A DNA stretch of 64,000 nt from positions 248,001-312,000 of the forward strand of contig CAJINV010000009.1 in the NCBI GenBank assembly GCA_905178155.1, given 5' to 3'. Numbering within the stretch: position 1 is the first letter of the stretch; each line of letters begins with the position of its first letter. The translations under genes were made by a program, and so were the position numbers. The notes under the pieces are model-generated. The model was not told where the DNA came from, did no database searches, and was given only the letters and a program-made list of their open reading frames with translations. The stretch is from Amoebophrya sp. A120 (taxonomy: Eukaryota; Protista; Dinoflagellata). Shown here piece by piece: positions 44,271 to 56,091 of the stretch.

Positions 44271-45608
44271 ATGCCGCCTGGTTCGTTGCAGCAAGTGCTG
44301 CACACGCTGTTCCACCCTTTCGACACTGGACCCTACCACGCCGGAGAACTATCTGGAGATGATTTCTTTCGCGCACACTTCGATACTAAGTACACGACAT
44401 CTTGGACAAACTACGGTGGTGCAGCCACCAAACACCAGCACGGCGGTAGTACGACCGTTGGTCGCTATGATAGCAGCTCACTATGGAACGCAATTGATTC
44501 TCTGTTCAATATCGCAAGCTGTAGTAGTAGCTCGAAGCGGGTCACCAGTCCGGTGCACAGAAGATTTTCCACTTTCACTTCTCATGCCAGTGGCGCGTCG
44601 CCGTTTTCGAACACCGGCCCATTTGCGGCCGAGGAACATCAACTACCTCGCACGACTAAGAGAATAGCTGCAAGGGTGAAGACCAGCAGGAACTACAAGC
44701 CGCCATCAATAGCCACAGTTGCAGGCACTACTTCCTTTCTGAAGGCGACCGACCCTCGCGCCCCGACTTCCGGGTCCGGTGCGGACTTCTGTTGCAGCAA
44801 GAAGCTCGGGCGCTGTATGAACAAAGCGAAGTGCCCTTACGGGTACTACAAGTGTCACAACGGGTGTATGAACCTGAAGAAGATCGCGTACTCCCAGAAA
44901 GGCGCGTTCGAACGGGAACACGTCACGGTGGACCAGGATTTCCACATCAAGTCCATTGACACGGCGGAGCTGCCCATTCTGAGGCACAAGGGCCAGGCCT
45001 GCCTCCCGCACTGTTTCGACAAGACCGGCCCCTGCCCGGAGTTCTGCGGGAATGGCATGTGCTGCCAGAAAGGGCAGGCGGGCAACTACTGCGATGGCGA
45101 CATCGGCGGGGAGGACAAGCCGGTGTGCGTCATGCGGTCCGTAGAGCCCTCCGCCGCCCCCGTCGACCACTTGGACCAGGCGTGTCAGTCCCAGTGCGGG
45201 TCGAACGGACCGTGCCCCGACTTTTGCGGGGCGGGCTTGTGCTGCAAGAACGGCGAGACCGGGAATGGGTGCGACGGAAGTATGGGGCAGATGAACGGCA
45301 GCAAAGCGCTCCGCGTGTGCGTCCGGGGCCGCCCGCCAGCGGATTTGATGCCCCCGCAGGGGCCGCTGTTCGTGCAGGGAATGCAGGCCGGGGCGGAGAT
45401 TATGGTCGTGAACAAAGACACAAAAGAGTTCCGGAACCAAGACCCGCAAGTTTTGCTGAAGCAATTGAACGAGTACAACAAGGGCGAGATCTACATCATG
45501 GGCCCGCCGGCGAAAAACCCAAGGTGCTCGGACGCACAGAACTACTGCAACATGCGGGGAGATACACTCGACGCCCGATTCAACGCGGTACTTACAGAAG
45601 CGCCTTGA
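44271..45608 (+). CDS. Cysteine-rich protein (445 aa) with two copies of an 8-Cys module; probably extracellular
   Basis: CLPHCFDKTGPCPEFCGNGMCCQKGQAGNYCDGDIGG...VCV and CQSQCGSNGPCPDFCGAGLCCKNGETGNGCDGSMG...VCV; strong GC3 bias. N-terminus uncertain. Confidence 0.8.
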   Translation: MPPGSLQQVLHTLFHPFDTGPYHAGELSGDDFFRAHFDTKYTTSWTNYGGAATKHQHGGSTTVGRYDSSSLWNAIDSLFNIASCSSSSKRVTSPVHRRFSTFTSHASGASPFSNTGPFAAEEHQLPRTTKRIAARVKTSRNYKPPSIATVAGTTSFLKATDPRAPTSGSGADFCCSKKLGRCMNKAKCPYGYYKCHNGCMNLKKIAYSQKGAFEREHVTVDQDFHIKSIDTAELPILRHKGQACLPHCFDKTGPCPEFCGNGMCCQKGQAGNYCDGDIGGEDKPVCVMRSVEPSAAPVDHLDQACQSQCGSNGPCPDFCGAGLCCKNGETGNGCDGSMGQMNGSKALRVCVRGRPPADLMPPQGPLFVQGMQAGAEIMVVNKDTKEFRNQDPQVLLKQLNEYNKGEIYIMGPPAKNPRCSDAQNYCNMRGDTLDARFNAVLTEAP

Positions 45609-46709
45609 TTTCGACCACATGGTTTCTCTCGTTTTAATTATCAGAAGAAATGAAGATTGAGAACAAGCCTCCGTCGTTTACCAATCCAATGAGAATATAA
45701 AAATTGGCTCGCGCTAGAAGATGCTTATTCACAATGGCTGTCGCGTTGCACTATTTTTGCAAATCAAAAAATTGAAACACCTCTACTAAATTCAACCCAG
45801 CCCGCGGGCTGCAAAGACCACATCGGATGCGATAGCGACCAAATCTGCTGTTGCAAGAAGACGGGTAGGAAGTTTCCCTGCGAAGTTGACGAGTACAAAC
45901 TACCCATGTACAACGGGCAACCGATGTGCGCGTTGTCAGACTTCGACGAGCAACAAGTGCAGAAGGAAATGGTTCTAGGCGACAACGGGTGGGCCGGGTG
46001 GTCGGACGAAAACGTAGCTGAGGCGTAGACGGATTTTGGTTTTGTCTCCCTGTTGGCTCCACCACGGAGACTTCTGAGCTTCTTTTCTTTTCCATAGAAA
46101 ATTTTGGTTGTGCCATGCGTTTTAGGAATACAAAGGCAGGAACTACACTTATACCTAAATCTAACGAGAACCGGCCGGCGGCGACATTAAGTAGAAGAAT
46201 GCGTGAGTATTTTGATTTTCGGCTAGCAAAACTTAGTTGTGAGGTTAGGTTTCATCTAGTAGCTTCTAGCTCTGTTACCGCCGAACCAGAGCCATAGGAA
46301 GATAGCGACCTGCCACCCACCCTCGTGAAGCGTGAAAACTTCACTGAGCTTGACTTTTTCCGTGGATTTTTCATTTTGGTCAAACGACTACTTCGCAAAT
46401 TTAACGAACATCTTTCCCGATTCCAATTGAGCGTTTGAAGGCAACCAGGAGTCAATCCTGCCACTGCACGCCTGGAGGTCCATACAGGCATGCCTCGTGA
46501 CCGCGTTGATTCTGGGATAGCGTTGTTGTGTTTTTGAAGCCGAGCCGATAAATCATTAACGCGGGCGCACGGAAGTTCGGGAGTGACAGGTACGCACTCG
46601 TGAAGATGCTGAAATACGAAGTTTCGGATATTTTCGCCGCTCTGCAACCTGATGTGAGCAGGACGAGAGAAGGCAAGGATCGAATTTGAATCAAAAGAGC
46701 AAACACAAG

Positions 46710-47482
46710 ATGTCGTGCCGCATCCTGCTTACCACCAGCCTCGATCCCTCCTATCCTGAGGAAAACATGCTGGACGGAAACGAAAAGACCTACTGGATAT
46801 CAACAGGCATGTTTCCCCAGGAGATTTTGGTCGAGATAACAGACCGAAGGTCGAGCACAATCAAAATCGCCAGCACAGGTACCATGTCGGATATATATAC
46901 GCGTACGCATTCTAGCAAGCAGAAGCAAGGTTTTTTCTCTGCTTCATGTTAGAAATTCTCCTGGAAGAGGTAGTTGTTTCGGATTGAAATCGGTTTTGCT
47001 TTTGTATGCGGCACGGAAGGCAGACGGAAGCCAACGCTGAACCGGCTTTCTTGTCTTCATCATGAATGGAGTGAGTCACGTGAACAAAACCATATCTGAG
47101 GTATAAAGGAGCTCAAGCTCGAGGTGTCCAAGGATGACACAGATTACCCAGTTAATTTTGCAACGCAAGACACGCTACGTCTGGACAATAGCAACAGGTA
47201 CAAAGTTTATTGCTTGCAATTGCGACCAGGAACATCAACATACTCATGCATTTGCATTCTGTTTCTGTTCCTGTTTCACTAGATTTAGAAGATGACGATT
47301 TGCTTCTTCTACTAACTTCGTTCTGATCACGTTTCTGCCGCGTTCAATATCACTTGGAAAACGAAATAAACGCCAGGCTCCAGTACACCGACTTGCAGCT
47401 ACCACAAGCGCGATTTCTCAAGCTGGTCATACTAAGTGGCTATTCAGAGTTTCCGACCGTGCATAAACTTGAATTGATCTGA
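46710..47482 (+). CDS. IFT25: Intraflagellar transport protein 25 (IFT25/HSPB11), 123 aa; exons 46710-46878, 47101-47197, 47377-47482
   Basis: TSLDPSYPEENMLDGNEKTYWISTGMFPQEI and ARFLKLVILSGYSEFPTVHKL match IFT25 motifs; two GT-AG introns give a 372-nt open frame. Confidence 0.9.
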
Positions 47483-47941
47483 GTTCTTTGTCCTTTGAAG
47501 TCAGCACTTCTCCATGCGCGAAGAAGCCCGATGAGAACATAAGACGCATCTTCTCTATCCGCATCGAAAATAAGTGTCGGCCGGGGCATCCTGTGCTCAC
47601 GTCGTTCGATACCGAGGACAGCGAAGCTTTGACATCGTGCTTTATTGTTCGATGAAAGTTCTTATTCTTAATCTTAATCACGACTCGTCGGAGAGCGTAA
47701 GAAGAAGAACCCAGGCCGGAGATAAGTAAGATCACGAGAGAATGTTTGCATTGTCGTGTCGTACATTGATTCATTTCATGGTCGTAGAGGTGATGCTGTC
47801 GTATGCGAAGCAGTTGGCACCGTGTAAGTGTCAATCGAATTTACATATTTATTGGTTGCTCTCGTCTTCACTTGATGCGATAAGCGATAAAGGTTTTCAT
47901 AGCTCACATTTTCGTCTAAGATTCTACTTCCAACGAAAAAC

Positions 47942-49201
47942 ATGGGTTTGCAAATGCGCAATCTTCTTTCTGACATGTTGTCAGATAGCACACTCTGGTG
48001 CCGGAAAGCTGCACCAAGTGCTGCAACAGGTTCACAGGACGAGCGGGCTTCCATCTTTGTCACAGCGGCGACACCTTCTTGGCCTGCTACTACACATCCG
48101 TCCACTTGTCCAAAGGCCTCGTCGCATTTGTCGCACGCACCAGTCTCCAGCTTTTTCGCTTCGTCCGAGGAGAAAGATCTCGTCGCAGCACCATTATCAT
48201 CGCAATGTCGTCGACCACAACGACCTCAAAAAGGCCGTCGGTTGGCGAATTTGCACAGAGCAGGTCAACGTAGGACCACAGCCTTCGGCTCCTCGTCACC
48301 GTCCCTCATTGCGGGGCACAGCAAAGCCACATCCAGGAAGAAAACACGAGCCGCGACGAGCTTTCTGCCGGAATTCATCACCGACTTGCTCGGCGGGAAG
48401 CCGGACATGGGAGACTTGCAATCGATCATGGACGGGGAGATGTCGAAGTACATGAACCCGGGCGGCGGCTTCCCCCCCGGGTTTCCCGGCGGGGACAGCG
48501 ACGTGATCATTCCGGATCCCTACAGCTTTCGGACCTGCCACCGCCAGTCCTTCACGAACTGCGACTACCACTACGAGATTTGGGGCACGAAGTTCAAGTG
48601 CGACGGCCCGAACAAGGAGCGGTGTCGGCCGCTCGCGCCCGTCTGCTACGATTCCATCGTGGAGCGGAAGCGGAAAGACGCGCCGGCGGGGGGCAACGAC
48701 CCGGAGCACACCGCGGACATCATGCAAGACGACCGGTGGAACAAGCTCTGGTACATACGGGACCCGCGGCTCGGGTTCTACGCGAACAGCCTGATGCTCA
48801 TCAACCACAGCTACAAAAACACCAAAAACCGGCTGTTCGAGGAGGTCCGGGACGCGTGGATGAGTAAAGTGAGGCCCTTTCCGGTGTTGTTTCAGAAGTT
48901 TGACTGCACCGACCCGAAAGTGTACGACGAAATTTGCAAGCACGGCGGCGTGCCGCTGCACGAAGACTCGCTCGCGTTGACGAAACTCGACGGCGAGCAC
49001 CTGCAGCACCACTGGAAGCGGTTCGTCGTGCCATTGCGGAAAGTGAAGCCGATTGTCAGATTATTCTACGACTCGCACGACAAAGGGAGTTTGGCGAAGG
49101 CTTTCGAGGACTTCCACGATGCGGTGGAGGAGACGACGGTGATGGTGCCCGGGAAGCCAGGGGAGTACCTGAAAACAGAGGAACCGGTTTTGATGGCGTG
49201 A
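47942..49201 (+). CDS. Hypothetical protein (419 aa), Cys-containing C-terminal globular region, possibly secreted
   Basis: Long ORF with strong GC3 bias from ~48360; no recognised domain. Confidence 0.75.
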   Translation: MGLQMRNLLSDMLSDSTLWCRKAAPSAATGSQDERASIFVTAATPSWPATTHPSTCPKASSHLSHAPVSSFFASSEEKDLVAAPLSSQCRRPQRPQKGRRLANLHRAGQRRTTAFGSSSPSLIAGHSKATSRKKTRAATSFLPEFITDLLGGKPDMGDLQSIMDGEMSKYMNPGGGFPPGFPGGDSDVIIPDPYSFRTCHRQSFTNCDYHYEIWGTKFKCDGPNKERCRPLAPVCYDSIVERKRKDAPAGGNDPEHTADIMQDDRWNKLWYIRDPRLGFYANSLMLINHSYKNTKNRLFEEVRDAWMSKVRPFPVLFQKFDCTDPKVYDEICKHGGVPLHEDSLALTKLDGEHLQHHWKRFVVPLRKVKPIVRLFYDSHDKGSLAKAFEDFHDAVEETTVMVPGKPGEYLKTEEPVLMA

Positions 49202-49799
49202 TGGAAATCGCGAGTGTGGTTGTGTCAAAGACACCGATCGCTGTTTCTGTATGATATTGACGCATCTATAACTTGAACGCAAAATGAGAAGTACGGCCTC
49301 GTACATGCACTACGTTTCGCTTTTGGCGGTACCCACAGATACTGGAAAGCCACTGCAGCTGTTACTGTGCTAGTGCGCTTTTCAGCGAGACAATGCAGCA
49401 ACCATGGCTGTCAGGACGAGGATGGAGAAGCGTCTTTTCTCCCCCTGTTCGAACTGCAGACCTACATTAGATGCATTTTTATAGTCAGTGATCCTGGTGA
49501 GAGCGAGAGAACGAGAAGCAACTACTGGCCATTGCTTTCAGAAACGGTGTGTTGGTCTTGGGAGCAACTGCTACAGCTAGATATGAAAAGCTGAGCCGAG
49601 GTATTTCCCAATGTTGAGTGGCATTCCAAACAAGAGAGAAAAACGAGTCCCTTGGCACAAGTGCCCGTGCGACCAGCACAATGACAAATGTGCCTTGGAT
49701 GATAACACCCACCAAGCAAAGTTGGCGCCGTGACATTAGATGGAGAAATGTGGCGCCATCAGGCTTGTATATGTCGGAAATGAGCGGGCGACGGAGCGA

Positions 49800-51800
49800 C
49801 GACGCAGCGGTCGAACGGCATCACGACAGTAACCGGTGGCGGCACGGTGGGCCTCTCACGTGCTACGGGGCAGATAGGCGTCTACGGCTTCAGTGGTTTT
49901 GCCGGAATTTGTCCGACACTTCGCCCGGGCGCCACGCTAGGCCTCCGACGTTGCCTAGCCCGCCCTGTTCGGTGTGCGCAGCAGGCCATGTGACGCCCCC
50001 GCACGAATGCCGGAGGAGTTGCAACGAACCCGCTTGCCCAGAGGCAGAGCCCCCGCAGCAACAAAGCGGAGCGCCGGGGCCGGCCCTAAGGGTAAGATAG
50101 GCCGCGACTGGTCAGAGGGGTTCGGTGAAAGAAGGCGACCAGCGGGCGCGGACGGCCGAGATCAGTGCCGAAAATTGGGGAAACAAAAAGCCGCGCGGCT
50201 GCGCTCCAAAACAACTTCAGCTACGTCATAAGGGAACGAGGCCAGCCAATCCATTGGCGCGCCCGCCGGCGAAAAGGATCGCGCGACCAACGAGCGACGT
50301 GGGCCCCGAGGGCCACTCGGCCGCCCCCGTGCGACCGGCGTGGCGTGGCCATTTTGTGTTGCGCCCGGCCGCCCGAAGCAGATCGCTGCCGGGCTTTGGA
50401 GCTGCCGCCCGGCGGCCCGTGGGCTCGCTTGGGCCCGCACCCCCCGTCCATTTGGGATTTCGCTCGCTGTCCGCGCGCCCCATCCGGCCTGTGTGTTCGT
50501 GTCCACAGCTGCGGCATGGCGCGCTCTTGGTGTGGCCTAGGTAGCATTCCGTCGTGGATGGGTGTAGCCGTTCCGGCAGGCCCTCTGCAGCGCCTCTCAG
50601 TGCTTTTTATTTGCGTGCGTGATATGCTAAAGGTAAAGTCCCAAATTCTCATACAGTATGACGAGAAATCAAATTCGATTTCGTGTTCTCATGCATGTCA
50701 CTAGACTAGAGCGAATTTTCCTTCTCTGTTCTTGTTTCTGACGCAATGCTCTACTGCATTGCGTCGAGGGATAACATAACGCGAGGTCGAGGGTGGTTGT
50801 ACACATAAAGAAAAAAGCCGTAGTGCGAAGGCGAGCGCGATCATGTCTTGGTAGACAAAGAGAGGTTTGGGTATCTCCGAGAAAAGAGTTTAGATAGAGT
50901 GCCGTTTCTCATCATCTTTTCCACAGAAGAAAGAAATGCGAGCGTTAGCCTTTCCGAAGCACCATGCCCCTTGCTGGGATGATGCACTAAACTCAAACCT
51001 CCAGCCGAGTACATGGCGTGCAATGTCGTACTGACGACATTGCTGGCGCAGTCGACAGGACGCGTTGGAACGGCACCAAGCGCGAACGCTGGGGAGTGGC
51101 GGAGAGCCGGCAGTGCGTTTGGTGTTGTCGCCTTTCATGAACAACGCGGCAAGCCTGCGGTTGTAGCACGGTGGAAACATTCTCGCTCGGGGGGGATCAT
51201 GGAAGCAGTCACGGGAGTCAGCTTCTTCGCTGCTAGTGCCGCCATCACAGAAAGCCGCTCGGCGTCGGCCTCGCCTCAAGTCAAGGCGCAGCAGCTTAGA
51301 TTGCGCGGGATCTGTACCGCGCGGCCGGTGTCGCATATGGGGAACCCGCGCCATCAAGCAACGCGCGCCCCTTCGTCCGGCCCCCCCCTGACCAAACCCC
51401 TCCAAGTGGCCGAGTTCCGGCCCCTTGGACTGTGCTGCGGCGCGGTGCTCCCGGCGGCTGCCCAAAGATGGCGGGGGCGTGGCCCGGTGGCCTTCGAAGC
51501 CCCCCCGCCCCATCTCGCGCGCCTCCGCGATGGGCCAGTGCGCCCCCCGGCCTACCTTCGTACCCGCCCGGCGGCGCCCGTCTTGAAATTGGAGAAAGTG
51601 ACGGACGCCGGGGAGGCCCGGCGCCCCGCCTGGGCTCAAAGCGCGTTCGGTGCGTGTGGAAACACGCGAAGGCGTGGACATGGTGTTGCTCTGCAGCCTG
51701 TTGCAAGGCGGTGCCCGGCTCTTGATTTGTTTCCTCCATGTCCCGGCGTACAATCCGCAAGCCGTACTTCTTCGACCACACAAGCGTGGCTCGTGGTCTC
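49800..51800 (-). mobile_element. Decayed DIRS-like (tyrosine-recombinase) retrotransposon remnant, RT-RNase H-Dam order
   Basis: Minus-strand motif remnants in the expected order: LRLDLRRG (~51290), HVLGW (~51010), DTNTQAGWGA (~50500; cf. TDAS..GWGA), ILFAGG (~50275), FCFP..(frameshift)..ALISAV (~50180; cf. FPP..LI..V). GC-rich and frameshifted; boundaries approximate. Confidence 0.4.
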
Positions 51801-52258
51801 GTCTCGTCTTATGTCCGTGTAGGCTTCATCTGTTCGCCTTCGTTGTCTGTGCCCAGGTTGTGTGGTGGAGCAATGAATCATGACCCTGCACCGGTGGCGA
51901 GAGCGAGAAGTCAGTGCTCGCACTTGCCTCAGAACGTCATATCGACACCCCGCGGTGAAAAGTCGAAGAGAAGCGAGGCGTCAATATGCGCACTGTGGAG
52001 AACAACAAGATGACCACGAAGTGAAATGAAATTGGCAAGTGAGGGATACCCTTGTCAATGTGGAGCGAGGGAAAGCGTGAGTGCAGAAGTTGGTATAGAA
52101 ACTAGAATTTGAACTAGTTGTACATCGTGCGCTGTGGTTGCTCTTGTTACGAGATCGCTGAAGAAGGAGCACAGAAACGGTGCCTGAAGAAAGCCGCCAG
52201 CGGAGAAATTCTTGTGAAGGAGACATTGTGACTACGCTCACGTTCTTGGTTTTTCACC

Positions 52259-55056
52259 ATGGGGAACACCCCGCCCGAGTCGCCTCGTGGCGAGGTAACG
52301 GGGACGATTCCGGGATCCGGCGTGAATATTTACGACCAGAATTTCTACGCCGCCGCCGAACAGCAGCAGCTCCAAGCCCAACAGCAGCAGGCGCCAGAGC
52401 AGCTCAGTTACGTCATCGGTGGCAGCCCCGGCGCAGGCGGTGGCTATGGATCTCCGTACGGAAACGTCAACCCGAATCTTCCTCAAGCTGGTTTTCCGCG
52501 CGAGCGCCACATCGACTCGCTTCCTGTGTCCGCAAGTCCCTACCCGATCCCTGGATATGATCCGAGCCGAGATTCACGCTACACCACACCAGTTTTACAG
52601 CACCAAAACACGACCAGAAGTACTACAGGTGGACTGACCATGGCGGCGCAGCATGATCAATATGTGCTGCAACAGCAGCAGAGCCAGCAGAACCTTGGAA
52701 ATCTGCAGTACAACACGCCTGTCCCATACGACTACAGCACGCCATTGCCGCCAAACCACGCACTTCCGCAGCAGGGAGGGAACAGTGTGAACCTCAACCA
52801 GTACCCCCAGGACTACTACATGACACCAGGAAGCGTGATGTCTCACCAGTCGGGGTCGACATTTGCAAACATGCCGGCGACGTCCAGTTCCTCTTATCGA
52901 ATGAACAACGGCAGCACATCTGGTACAGGCAATTCCGATTATTACAACATCAACGGCAGTGTGGTCCACGAACAAACAGTGTCGCACCAAGCAAGTTCAT
53001 ACAGCGCCGCCGCCGGTGGGCCAGGTCCAGCCGACACTCCAAATGATTATCCCGGGTCCATTAGCCGGAACCTCGGTTCCGGCGGCGCGGCGGATCCGAA
53101 CGCGAAGTTTGTGTCCAGAATCTTTTCCAACGATTTGGTCTTTACGCCAAAGAAACAGCCATCGGGTACCGCCCCTGGACGAATATCAACTCCCGCAACG
53201 TCGTCGAGCTTAATCTTCGGTGCGACGGCGGGTAGCAATGTCATACACGAGAACTATGGGAGCGCGGCCGTTGTTTCAACCCCAGGGGGTAGTGCTTCTG
53301 GCGGCCCTGGTGCTCCACCGCCCATTCAAACGGGCGGGTCGATTTTGTTCGGCAGCGCGACAGGCACACCAGCAGCTCCTGGTTCGGCGCAAAAACGCCA
53401 TCAATTGGGCTTCGATTATAACGCAACCTCTGATAGCGATTACAACAGCACACTCACACCTGCGGGAAATTCGTCTATTCTTTTCCCGTCGAACAATACG
53501 TCAAACGAACAGCTTGATCGGCTAGGAAGCGCTGGTCAACAAGCTGCAACAGCCGCGGGGATGAATCCGCACCAGGGTGCGACAGCGCTGCTCCACAAGT
53601 TTCCAGCCGGCAATAGAACATCGGCCACAGCAGGTGATGGCGTAGAGCCTCCACTGTCGCAAGAGGACGAGGAGATGTACCGTGTGCAGTTTTTCCGGCA
53701 CAGGAGTAAGGTAAGAGAGATGGAGCAGAAGGTTTTACTCTTGAGACAAAAAGTTGCGGAAATCGAGCAGGCTGCCGCTCTGGAAAAGGACTACGCGGCA
53801 GAGCGAGCAGAAGTGGCGGACACAAACTTGAAACTGATTCAGGAGTACAGTGCTTTTTGCTTGTTTCACATCCTTGTCTGCTTAATCTATCATGCAATTT
53901 CTCCCTGTTCTTGACATACACATCAATTGACAAGGAGCCAGAACGCAACATGTAAAATTGCAAGTTTCAGCTTCTGTTGACACATAAGGTACGACGAGAA
54001 AATACGTGTTCTAAACGAGCAAACGCACACCGCCACGATGGACCTGATCGAGGAGAAACGAAAAAGGATAGACCAGAAACAGCACCTCTTGCAGCAGTTG
54101 TCAGCCAGCCAAAGCCAGGCAGCAATGGAGGAGGAGGCTGAGGTAGCATGTTCCTGTTGTGTTGCTGAAATTTTCAATATCATTGCGGAAAACGCATGAG
54201 CCCTTGATTTGTACTATCGAAAAAATTGTGCTGCACCTCCCACACCTACCGACAGAATGCCATCCCCGAGGAGAACCGCGAGTCGATCAAGCAGGCCGAG
54301 GAAGAGATCGACCGGCTGCGGAGGCAGCACGCGTCCCAAGAGGCTGAGTTTGAGGAGCTGAAAGACACGGCGGAGCAGGAGATAGGCGCGTTGCTCGACG
54401 AGTATCAAAAGCTCGCCCCCGAGGATGAGGAAGACGTCGGACCCGAGGCAAGCGATACCGCCGGCACTGCGCAAGAGCTGCCACCAGGAATGAACGAAGC
54501 TAGCGAGGATCGCGCGTCGCGTTCAGTGAAAGACGTCGACCAGCAGTTGCTCGACCCCTACAGTGGTGTGGTTCCTCCGCAGGATAGTAATTCTGCCGGG
54601 TCTAAAGACCACCACTTTTCCAGCGCGGAAGCGGTCCGGAGCCCGTCGGGTGCGCCGATCCCCTCTGCGTCGTTTTTGCCAGCGGTCGTCGGAACAGGCT
54701 CTGTATTACTGCAGCAGCAAGCAGTACCCGGGCAGCACTATCAACCCGTAGAAGCGCAGCAGGGTCCGGCGGTGGAGCAGGTGATACTCGCGTCCCCAGA
54801 GGTCTTCCTGCACCACCAGAATGCGTCGAGCTATGGGAACACTAGTAACGCAGGAGGGAACAATTCCAATTCTGGTTTTTTGCCTGGGTCCTCCTCCTCG
54901 CCGGACCAGCACATCATACTCTCCAGTCCGCCTGATGTCAATGCGACCCAGCAGCAGTACCGTGTGGTTGACGGAACGGCTGGCACGACCGAGCCTGCGG
55001 CTCGAGTGTCGACCGAATTTCGTACCGCAAGTCGCATTCAGCTGCCGATATCGTGA
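52259..55056 (+). CDS. Hypothetical protein (~846 aa): low-complexity Q/S/G/Y N-terminus and central coiled coil; exons 52259-53844, 53989-54142, 54256-55056
   Basis: GT-AG introns 53845-53988 and 54143-54255 give a 2541-nt open frame. Confidence 0.8.
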
Positions 55057-56091
55057 GGAACAGGAGAACTTTTTCAAGCTTCGTGAATTCGGTCTTTTCG
55101 TTTGGAAAGCGAAGGCTGAATTATATACCACAGGGCTTGCACGAAATACAGCATTTTTGCATTTTTTTCTGGCCGCTAGGGCAAGGGAGCAACTTTCCTT
55201 TGCAGTAGTCACTGTGCGGATGAGTACTTTGATGGATTCTCAGGAATACATAGACAGCGGCGGTGTGACAGAAGAGCGTGCGCCATTCGAAGCCTGCTGA
55301 TTTTGATCGTTTTCAGGTGTTCTTTCCTCACCCCTCGAGAAAGCGCAAATTTGTGCTCGGTTGATTTACGAAGAGAAAGCGCAGACCTTTCGGTTGATTC
55401 TTAGTGCCAGTGCTAAAAAACTGAAAGTTTGTATGATGAATTAAAACGTAAATGATTTTTTTTTTTCATTTGATTTTCCATTCACGTGCAGCTACCAGCG
55501 GTCGTTTTGATACATAGCTATGTATCGGTTCGTATTTCATCTTCGTTCTTCTTTTTTCGTCAAGATTGGTGTTTCGTTTTTTTTTCTTTGAGCAAACTAA
55601 CATGAATCGTCTGCGTGCTCTGATCTCCCTCATTCGGTTTCGTGCACCATTTTCTTTCTTCAAGGTCGTCGTGCATCTCTGTTGTCGTCCTCGTTTTTTT
55701 CGTATATTTCATCGTTGTTTGTTCACAATCTTATGCTGGTCTGCTTTTTTTCTGCTGGCGATCGTTTCTAATAATTTCGAACGCAACTACTACGCACACA
55801 GACGGACCCAACGCAACCCACATCGCAACTTCCCCCATAGTTCGTTGTAGCCCATTGCATTTTCCACTTCCCTCATTCACTTCTACATTTTCCACGACCA
55901 CGACACTTGTGTTGTACCCGATAAATAAACACTTCGGTTTCCGCGAGGACATTCCAAATAGGCACACAAAACTAGCACGAGTACGACGAGCCAGTACTTG
56001 AAAAGTAACCTACTTTTCTCGTCATATCTGAGCCCTTGTAGGTTGTGCCACGCCCGCCGACTTACGGGGGTAGAAGACACGACCCCAGAAG

